From the NCBI GenBank assembly GCA_030616985.1, contig JAUWWG010000014.1, positions 1 to 24,000 of the forward strand: a stretch of DNA of 24,000 nucleotides. Reading direction: 5' to 3'. The DNA is from Thermoplasmatota archaeon (lineage in GTDB: Archaea > Thermoplasmatota > E2 > DHVEG-1). The translations under genes and the position numbers were made by a program. Positions 9,369-16,177 of this stretch are shown here, one piece after another (position 1 is the first letter of the stretch; every line of letters begins with the position of its first letter). The notes beneath the pieces were generated by a model. The model had not been told where the DNA came from. It worked only from the letters and a program-made list of their open reading frames with translations, and made no database searches.

Positions 9369-10034
9369 ATCATACACAACATCATTGTACGATGCTGGTG
9401 TCGTAAACGATATAATACCCGGTGATCCTATTTCAGGTATAACCTGTCCATAGATATCTACCCTCTCTCCGATTTCACCATCAAATAGTTTTCCGCTGCT
9501 ACAGTTGAGGGTTAGCACCACTTTATCTCCCTTATTGATGACAGGGTTCGTCTGTGTACAGGAACCATCCTCATCTTGGAGAACAATGATCCCGAAATAA
9601 TCGTTTGTTAAATTAGACCAGTTACCCGTCCCAAACAACTGTCCATCTGCATCAACGCTAGCATTAAACAAATCTGCATCAGACCAGCCATAATATGTCA
9701 ACAATGACTTTATTGCTCCGTCAGTTATGAGAATAGTAGTTTCATTGAGATCGACATCCGAAGCCCCTGCACGGGCTCTTACAGTTATAGCTAGCATTCC
9801 TAAATCACTACTGTTTGTCCTACCTTCAATGTCAAAAACTGCCAAACCGGTGGAAACCTCAGCGATTGTTTCTTGACCAGATCTCATCGCCTGAGATTCT
9901 AGTTTCGTACTTGTCTGAATCAAAACTGAGGCAGCAATACCTGCAACCAAAACCATGGCAATGAACACAATCATTGCACCAATACCAATGGATCCTACAT
10001 CCTTCTTCCTTAACATTTTACAAATTTTTCTCAT
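9360..10034 (-). CDS. flaB: Archaellin paralog 4
   Basis: Class III signal peptide and hydrophobic N-terminus, with the DGSCTQTNPVINKGDKV core. The 15-nt gap to paralog 3 contains AGGAGG, which suggests co-transcription. Confidence 0.9.
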   Translation of the reverse strand: MRKICKMLRKKDVGSIGIGAMIVFIAMVLVAGIAASVLIQTSTKLESQAMRSGQETIAEVSTGLAVFDIEGRTNSSDLGMLAITVRARAGASDVDLNETTILITDGAIKSLLTYYGWSDADLFNASVDADGQLFGTGNWSNLTNDYFGIIVLQDEDGSCTQTNPVINKGDKVVLTLNCSSGKLFDGEIGERVDIYGQVIPEIGSPGIISFTTPASYNDVVYDLQ

Positions 10035-10049
10035 CGTTTATCATCCTCC

Positions 10050-10700
10050 TCACTGTAACTCAATAACCGTATCTGGATATGCCGCCGGTGTTGTAAATGA
10101 TATCACGCCTGGTGAACCTTCTTCGGGGATAACTAGTCCAAAGATATCTGTTCTTGTAGCAAGACCGCCAAAAGCAGTACTTACATTAATTGTAATTAAC
10201 ACATGATCTCCCCGGTTAATTACTGGATTAGTGTATGTACAAGAACCATCTGCATCCTCCAGTACAATTAATCCGAACTGTACTGCACTGGCTATGAAAT
10301 TACCAGCAGCAAAAATATCTCCATTGATCCCACTAGTATCAGTAAACGTACTAGAATTATAGGTCAGCAGATTTTTCGTTGATGAATCAGAAAGTTCTAC
10401 GACTGCTTCTGACAAATCAACATTTGACGATCCAGCCCTAGGTCTCACAGATATCACCATATAATTAAGAGTGGTCCCACTTTTGTGTCCTTCAATTTCT
10501 TCGACTGCAATACCGGTGGAAACTTCAGCGATTGTTTCCTGACCAGATTTCATTGCCTGGGATTCTAGTTTCGTACTTGTCTGAATCAAAACTGAGGCGG
10601 CAATACCTGCAACCAAAACCATGGCAATAAAAACAATCATCGCGCCGATACCAATGCTTCCAACTTCATTTTCCTTCAATTTTTTGCAAATTTTTCCCAT
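10050..10700 (-). CDS. flaB: Archaellin paralog 5 (first gene of a three-gene archaellin transcription unit)
   Basis: N-terminus MGKICKKLKENEVGSIGIGAMIVFIAMVLVAGIAASVLIQT with a DGSCTYTNPVINRGDHV core. CAGGAGGGATG lies upstream, and the gap to paralog 4 is 15 nt. Confidence 0.9.
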   Translation of the reverse strand: MGKICKKLKENEVGSIGIGAMIVFIAMVLVAGIAASVLIQTSTKLESQAMKSGQETIAEVSTGIAVEEIEGHKSGTTLNYMVISVRPRAGSSNVDLSEAVVELSDSSTKNLLTYNSSTFTDTSGINGDIFAAGNFIASAVQFGLIVLEDADGSCTYTNPVINRGDHVLITINVSTAFGGLATRTDIFGLVIPEEGSPGVISFTTPAAYPDTVIELQ

Positions 10701-10778
10701 CTTTTTTACATCCCTCCTGATAGTTATCCTTTACGACAACAATTTTTCTAGAGTGCTGAACTAAACAATAAATGTTTT

Positions 10779-10838
10779 GTTTATATGTCTTGTTTGCAGA
10801 TGAATGTACATGTGAATATGCAGGTGCATACACATGTA
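10779..10838 (-). promoter_or_regulatory. Putative archaellin operon promoter (TATA-like ACATATAAAC) with an upstream inverted repeat of TACATGTG
   Basis: On the - strand, ACATATAAAC (complement of 10779-10788) lies about 80 nt upstream of the start. The same ACATATAAA occurs upstream of paralog 2 (complement of about 8481-8490). The arms tgtacatgtgaatatgc (10805-10821) and gcatacacatgta (10826-10838) form an imperfect palindrome just upstream of the TATA-like box. Confidence 0.35.
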
Positions 10839-11190
10839 AATTACCAAAAGAGAATTGAAGATTCTACTCTACCTTCCAGTGCTTTAATCCAATTTCGCAT
10901 TTAAGCACACAACTCGAATCGCCAAAAAATATCTTTTTTTGCAACCTGCGTAAGAATCATTTCCTCACTTATGAGAATCATATACACTGAAAAATCTGTT
11001 ATCGTTAAATTGTTGGAGAAAAGGATAGTCAGGACATCGGATGAACACTACTTGGAAACAGTCTTTTTAGATAAATAATCAAATGACTTCGCCAGAAAAA
11101 ATTCTTTTGAATATACAACTACGTATCTACCTGCAAAAAAGGTATTTAAAGTCAATATTAGTCTGTTTTTTAGGGAAAAGGAGATGCACT

Positions 11191-11295
11191 ATGGAAATTC
11201 CAGAAGCATTAGAAAATAAATTAAATGCCGCATTTGTAGCTGGGCTTACCGTATTTATAGTAGTCTTCTGGTTTCTCGTCATACCATCAGCATGA
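11191..11295 (+). CDS. Possible 34-aa small membrane protein
   Basis: GGAGATG lies just upstream of the ATG at 11191. The product MEIPEALENKLNAAFVAGLTVFIVVFWFLVIPSA has one hydrophobic helix. The longer 11083 start in the track has no support. It could be spurious. Confidence 0.2.
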   Translation: MEIPEALENKLNAAFVAGLTVFIVVFWFLVIPSA

Positions 11296-11408
11296 TAGAG
11301 ATTCTAACCAGATAAACGCGACCTAATCATCAGAGAAATGGCTTTTACATACAAAGCCTCTGCGTCTATCGATAGTTTTATAAAGACATATCTGCGCTTC
11401 CCACATTC

Positions 11409-13334
11409 ATGCGTTTTAAGAGATTTACACTAGATCCATTTCAAGAAGATGCTATAAATGCCATTGAGCAGCATCGTTCCGTTGTGGTGAGCGCCGCTAC
11501 AGGCACAGGGAAAACACTCATTGCAGATTACGTTATTGACAAGTATCTCAAGGCACACAGGAAGATTATCTACACAGCTCCGATTAAGGCATTATCCAAT
11601 CAAAAATTCAAAGATTTCAAACAGGATTATGGCTCTGAGAACATTGGCATCATGACTGGTGACATCGTAATTAACCCTAGTGCACCGATCCTGATTATGA
11701 CCACAGAGATCTATCGAAACATGCTTTTAGCCCACGATCCACTAGTGAGCGAAATTGAATACGTAGTTTTTGATGAGATTCATTACATGAGCGATCCCGA
11801 GCGTGGTACAGTATGGGAAGAGGCTGTCATCTTCAGTCCCCCACACATACGTTTCCTCTGCCTCTCGGCTACCATTCCAAATGCCAAGGAGTTTGCCTCA
11901 TGGATACAAGCTATCAAAAATCATCAGGTAGAAGTGATACGTTATGCCAAACGTGCTGTTCCACTCCATCACTTTGTATTTGAGTCAAGAGTTGGACTAA
12001 CAACAGCTAAGAACCTAGCTGTAAATATGCCTAAATATGGGAATACATTCGACAATCGTCGCAGAGGTAAGAGAAAGAAACGTCATGATTATTACCAAGT
12101 AGCTTCCCCAAAAGATGTTGTTTTTGAAATGCGTGACAAGTTGCCGGCTATCGTCTTTTCCTTTTCACGTAAAGGGTGCGAATTTGAAGCCATGAAACTA
12201 ATTAAAAAGAGAGATTTTGTCTCTTCTGATGATGAACGTCACCGCATTACCGAGATTTATCGTAAGCACTTTAATCCTGATGTGAATCGCATGAATACCA
12301 CCGCAAAGCTACGTGATGTTTTGATCAAAGGCGTAGGTTTCCATCATGCAGGGTTGTTGCCACAGCATAAGGCCGCGGTGGAAGAGCTTTTTAGTAATGG
12401 GCTTCTAAAAGTGCTTTTCGCAACTGATACATTCTCTGTTGGAATCAACATGCCTGCAAAGACAGTCATTTTTAACGGCCTGCGGAAGTTTGACGGACGC
12501 ACCTTCCGCATGATTAATTCCAAAGAATATTTTCAACTTGCCGGTCGTGCTGGCAGGCGAGGGATCGACAAGGTTGGTTATGTCGTCGCAATCATTGACG
12601 GAAGAGAAAACGATATTGGCAAATTCATTCAAATCTCTTCTGCTGACACCGAACCTATTCGCAGTCAATTCCAGTTGTCTTTCAACACCGTGTTGAACCT
12701 GATGACCCATCACGATAAGAATGAAATCGAACGACTTCTTAAGAATAATTTTGACTATTATATCCGTCGTCAGAAGAGTACACGCCAAGTACGCATAAAA
12801 GCCTCCTTTAATAATAAGCGTCGATTGCTACAGAGGATGGAATACATAACTCATGATGGTGAACTTACAGACAAGGGGTTATTTGCACGGTTCATCCATT
12901 CTAATGAATTGCTGATCAGCGAGATGTTTACGACGAATCTGTATAAACAATTGTCTGATGCCGAACTTTTGCAGGTCATCGCTGGCATGGTGTACGAACA
13001 ACGTCAGAACGATCATTTCAGTTTTCATGGAATCGGACACAGATACAAATTATTATTAAAGAAACTTCAGGAAAACCCTTTTGTAATTAAGAAGTTGAAT
13101 AAACTTTCCCTGAAACGAATGATGGCATTAGTTGGTGCGTGGAGTGATGGCGCCAACTTTGGATATCTCCTGCATTTTACAAATCTTAGTGAGGGAGACA
13201 TCATACGTTTGTTCCGTCGCATTATTGACATGATTAATCAGATTAAACGTGCAAGCTGCGATTATGAGCTAAGAGAGCGCTTGGAAACTTGTCAACAGAA
13301 GATTGATCGTGGCTTGGTTGCTGTAGAGTTATAA
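11409..13334 (+). CDS. Superfamily-2 DExH helicase, Ski2/HelY-like, with a DSHCT-like C-terminal region
   Basis: Motif I AATGTGKT, motif II DEIH, motif III SAT, motif VI QLAGRAGRRG. A helical C-terminal region of about 190 aa ends in ...CQQKIDRGLVAVEL. Confidence 0.85.
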   Translation: MRFKRFTLDPFQEDAINAIEQHRSVVVSAATGTGKTLIADYVIDKYLKAHRKIIYTAPIKALSNQKFKDFKQDYGSENIGIMTGDIVINPSAPILIMTTEIYRNMLLAHDPLVSEIEYVVFDEIHYMSDPERGTVWEEAVIFSPPHIRFLCLSATIPNAKEFASWIQAIKNHQVEVIRYAKRAVPLHHFVFESRVGLTTAKNLAVNMPKYGNTFDNRRRGKRKKRHDYYQVASPKDVVFEMRDKLPAIVFSFSRKGCEFEAMKLIKKRDFVSSDDERHRITEIYRKHFNPDVNRMNTTAKLRDVLIKGVGFHHAGLLPQHKAAVEELFSNGLLKVLFATDTFSVGINMPAKTVIFNGLRKFDGRTFRMINSKEYFQLAGRAGRRGIDKVGYVVAIIDGRENDIGKFIQISSADTEPIRSQFQLSFNTVLNLMTHHDKNEIERLLKNNFDYYIRRQKSTRQVRIKASFNNKRRLLQRMEYITHDGELTDKGLFARFIHSNELLISEMFTTNLYKQLSDAELLQVIAGMVYEQRQNDHFSFHGIGHRYKLLLKKLQENPFVIKKLNKLSLKRMMALVGAWSDGANFGYLLHFTNLSEGDIIRLFRRIIDMINQIKRASCDYELRERLETCQQKIDRGLVAVEL

Positions 13335-13455
13335 CATTGAAATTGTTCAGATATTTTAACTTTCATAGAATATGAGATATTTACTGATCAAACATGTTTA
13401 CTATAATAATTAAAATATAGTAGACAGACGTAGAAAAGATAGCTTTTATTTTGAT

Positions 13456-13632
13456 TTATACTTTTTGTAGTTGTACCATTCCATTATTGAATACGATCCA
13501 GCGTAATTTATCGCCATTTTCAAGTTTGAGAAGTTCAACTACCTCTGAGGGAACAGTAATTCTTCTCCTGGATCCTATAACCGTTAACGCTGTGTCCTTA
13601 ATGCATCGTATATCATCCAATTCAATTTTCAT
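13456..13632 (-). CDS. AbrB/SpoVT/MazE-fold small DNA-binding protein (58 aa), absent from the ORF track
   Basis: My own reverse-strand translation is MKIELDDIRCIKDTALTVIGSRRRITVPSEVVELLKLENGDKLRWIVFNNGMVQLQKV*. The RITVPSEVVELLKLENGDKL stretch matches the swapped-hairpin AbrB-domain pattern (..ItiPk.ir..lgl..GD.l). Confidence 0.6.
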   Translation of the reverse strand: MKIELDDIRCIKDTALTVIGSRRRITVPSEVVELLKLENGDKLRWIVFNNGMVQLQKV

Positions 13633-13809
13633 AAGATTTCACTGCAGATAATATTGGATTCATTCATAAATACTTTGTTATTTATTCAATGTTTGTTCTA
13701 GGCACCTAATCAATCCTTTACGGTTTAGAAATCATTTGAATCTTTAAAAATGGTTGTAGTCCAACCTAGATAACAGATAGTTAGAAATATGTCCGCTGTG
13801 GAGGGAGTA

Positions 13810-14598
13810 CTAGAGAGAAAATACTTTTGATAATGTAAGAATCCCCATAGATATTGCATAGATAGGTATCACTAATTTCCAGATATTGTTTGGCAATACT
13901 CTTACTATATATGGAGAGAGTATAGCAGCAAGGAAACCTCCCGTAAATATAGATGGGAGAAGTACAAAATCAATGGTTACACCATATGAAGATATTAATA
14001 GGAATGATGCTACACCCGCAATGCATACAAAACCTTCTGCTAGAGAAACGATGGCGGTAGCCGTCTTTTCATAAATACCTGAGAATAACTGCCCCATCAT
14101 TACAACTGGGCCATATCCGCCCGCCCCTATCCCTTTATTGAAACCTGCTAAAGCTGCAAATCCGGTAAGTAATTTTGGTTTATAAGTGTCTCTTACTTTG
14201 CTCTTTAATCGGATTACCCCAATAATTCCCATAAAAAGAACCAAAACTCCAACATATGCTTTTATAATATCCTTTGGAAGTTTTAATGAATAGTAAGTAA
14301 GAATAACTGAAAAGAATATAGCAAAACAACCAATTCCTGCTATCATAAGCATAATCTTAGTTTCTTTAGTTATAGGTCTTTTAATAGAAAACTTTACATT
14401 CTGAAATTCATGATGGAAAATACCCGCAGTTATACCTGTCACCGCTTCCGAGATCAGAAGTATTGGAACCACTTGGAGAGGATCATATCCAATAAGAAAC
14501 AACAGAGGCGTCAGTCCAGTGCCAAAACCCATCCCTGCCGAAGAATCCATCATTTCAAATAGAAATGCTAATAATATGATATAAAGAATTAATTCCAT
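13810..14598 (-). CDS. TSUP/TauE-SafE family (DUF81) anion exporter-type permease
   Basis: 262 aa with about 7-8 hydrophobic helices. The Gly-rich N-terminal signature DSSAGMGFGTGLTPLL and the internal duplication are typical of the family. Confidence 0.8.
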   Translation of the reverse strand: MELILYIILLAFLFEMMDSSAGMGFGTGLTPLLFLIGYDPLQVVPILLISEAVTGITAGIFHHEFQNVKFSIKRPITKETKIMLMIAGIGCFAIFFSVILTYYSLKLPKDIIKAYVGVLVLFMGIIGVIRLKSKVRDTYKPKLLTGFAALAGFNKGIGAGGYGPVVMMGQLFSGIYEKTATAIVSLAEGFVCIAGVASFLLISSYGVTIDFVLLPSIFTGGFLAAILSPYIVRVLPNNIWKLVIPIYAISMGILTLSKVFSL

Positions 14599-14639
14599 TG
14601 CTATTCACTTCTCTAGATAACAGGTTCCCTTAGCTATGA

Positions 14640-14822
14640 CTATAGCAGAGCGGCAAAAATCAACATCATGATTAAGTAAAAGAGTACCGCACTAGATATA
14701 CGTATTAAGTTATGCCTAGTAATTTTCATTCTTTCCAATGCTGTCATTTCACTATCAAGCATCTTAGCAATGTTTCCAATTTCATCCGGAAACGCATCTT
14801 TCTGCAAGTTTATTTCTTCCAT
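14640..14822 (-). CDS. Hypothetical small tail-anchored membrane protein
   Basis: 60 aa with a polar N-terminal half and a C-terminal helix SSAVLFYLIMMLIFAALL. It ends 41 nt upstream of the TSUP gene on the same strand. No family was recognised. Confidence 0.35.
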   Translation of the reverse strand: MEEINLQKDAFPDEIGNIAKMLDSEMTALERMKITRHNLIRISSAVLFYLIMMLIFAALL

Positions 14823-15137
14823 TTACATCACTTAGTCTCCAATATTTATTAAAAATATATATAGTGTCATAGATATTTAAAATTATTGGTGAACAGCAAA
14901 TATATAATGGTTTTATTCAAAATAATAATGGTATAATATGGTTATAATCAAAAATATACCATTCTATAATGGGTAATAACCAATTTAAACCAAATGTTCA
15001 ATCTATTAAAATATCACACAAATATCTCTTTTCAAATCAGAACGCGATTATGAGATTTGCCAGTATTTTTTACCTTCACATTTCAGGATACAATATATCT
15101 AACTCGTTTATCAGTAAAAAATGTCAGGAAAGAGAAA

Positions 15138-15169
15138 CTAATCCGTTTTTACAGGTAAAAAGGGATTAG
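15138..15169. repeat. 15-bp-arm near-perfect palindrome
   Basis: ctaatccgtttttac-ag-gtaaaaagggattag, with one mismatch and a 2-nt spacer, in a noncoding region. Confidence 0.7.
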
Positions 15170-15405
15170 AGCAAATATTGATTCTGCCTATTTTTCTTAT
15201 GTTGGAACGCTGGGGAAGGGACATTATCATGAATTTTACCGGTACATATTACCCTTGTTAAAACAAAGATTTTAGCAAGCTTATAAAAGGATTTTATCTA
15301 AAAGTATAGGTTAGTACCGTTTAAATTCATCAAAATATTAGAACTAAATACACTAATTCAATAATGCTTTAAAAACATGTTTGTAGGCTGTCAAACAGAC
15401 TTTTT

Positions 15406-15444
15406 GGGGTTTAAAGATTTCCCGTTTTGAAATCTTTAAACCCC
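15406..15444. repeat. Perfect 16-bp inverted repeat with a 7-nt loop
   Basis: ggggtttaaagatttc-ccgtttt-gaaatctttaaacccc. No flanking T-tract on either strand, so it is not a canonical terminator. Confidence 0.75.
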
Positions 15445-15615
15445 CTAAGCACAGATATAGATCGTGGTATTGAAAGTGAATGGTCTGATCCACTATCAAT
15501 AAGTATGCCTAAAAACAAAGCAACCAACCCATTCTTGCTATTCTTGGAAAGACTCGTGGAGCGGTTTCCAATACTGGAGCAGATATTACAATTGATTTAT
15601 GAATATCTTGGATAA
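15427..15615 (+). pseudogene. Probable 3' relic of a larger secreted/surface protein gene
   Basis: The frame opens inside the right arm of the 16-bp hairpin, with a stop 5 codons upstream. The peptide ...GIESEWSDPLSISMPKNKATNPFLLFLERLVERFPILEQILQL looks like the end of an Ig/FN3-like domain followed by a C-terminal tail. No plausible promoter or ribosome-binding site was seen. Confidence 0.3.
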
Positions 15616-15643
15616 CATAAAATGGGGTAAGGAATTCACCTGA

Positions 15644-15865
15644 GACAAATACTTCAAACAGGTTGATATTTACCAAGATCGCAGTCATTGGACAACAGTT
15701 AAAAGGCTAATATTAAAATCAAAAGTTGAAGCATTGAGCAAAAGTAGTAAGGGCTTTCAAGCCCCAAGCGGAATCAAGGTCACCGACCCAACAGTAAAGA
15801 ATTGGATTAAAGAAAACTGTTACAGTGCAGTTGCAGATAAAATAATGCTCAACCGTGTCCCTTAA
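15644..15865 (+). pseudogene. Second 3' gene relic with no start codon
   Basis: A 73-codon open frame begins after TGA at 15641-15643 (DKYFKQVDIYQDRSHWTTVKRLILKSKVEAL...ADKIMLNRVP*). It has no ATG or GTG near its 5' end, and a T6 tract follows the stop immediately. Confidence 0.25.
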
Positions 15866-16177
15866 TTTTTTGTAAAACGAGTCATACACCGAGTTGTGGT
15901 AAGTTTCTTTTATTGTTGATATAATTTAACCAAGCAGAATCAACTGCTGTTATACTAGACAAATATATTCTTATATGAAGATAATATTTTTAATTTATGT
16001 GGAACCAGCCGACAGACACTTTTACTTTACATTTAGATTATATTTGTTTTCCTAATAATAATATGGTATTATATACACTTTAGGACATTAACCAATTATA
16101 AAAAGGATGGGATTAGAAGTAAACTTAGATAAATTGAATACGTTATAATTTAAATATCTTGTTTTCTCATCATTCAG

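Noticed and set aside
6701-10206. + strand ORFs overlapping the archaellin genes (6701..7012, 7838..8038, 8045..8245, 8626..8811, 8836..9021, 9265..9453, 9955..10206).
   Set aside because: They are antisense to strongly supported archaellin genes. They recur only because the underlying archaellin DNA is duplicated.
7690-10700. Regularly spaced near-identical repeats that might suggest a CRISPR array or tandem-repeat element.
   Set aside because: The repeats are 170-500 bp coding modules of paralogous archaellin genes, not 25-40 bp repeats with unique spacers. No CRISPR-like array was seen anywhere in the window.
10921-10941. A6-TATC-T7 palindrome (gccaaaaaatatctttttttgc) as a terminator.
   Set aside because: No convincing gene ends just upstream of it on either strand; there is only a 25-codon - strand ORF. 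I could not tie it to a transcript. It may still terminate an unannotated small RNA.
12405-12788. 127-aa - strand ORF inside the helicase gene.
   Set aside because: It is antisense to the conserved helicase motif V/VI region, so it is a shadow ORF.
11409-13334. The helicase as part of a helicase-based antiviral system (Hachiman, Zorya or Druantia-like).
   Set aside because: No partner gene is adjacent, whether a DUF1837-like, nuclease or other component. The flanks are a tiny dubious ORF and a convergent AbrB-like gene. The motifs fit an RNA-helicase lineage.
13451-13651. 66-aa + strand track ORF.
   Set aside because: The opposite strand encodes a recognisable AbrB-fold protein over the same bases. 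The + strand peptide has no recognisable features.
14969-15169. 66-aa + strand ORF in the noncoding zone, and 17214..17471 (+) overlapping the kinase 3' end.
   Set aside because: Neither has a ribosome-binding site or recognisable motifs. The first ends inside the 15138-15169 palindrome. The second is out of frame with the kinase and antisense to the integrase relic.
14880-16177. AT-rich noncoding region as a possible replication origin.
   Set aside because: I could not find repeated ORB-like elements flanking an unwinding region. No orc1/cdc6 gene is adjacent. The palindromes differ from each other.
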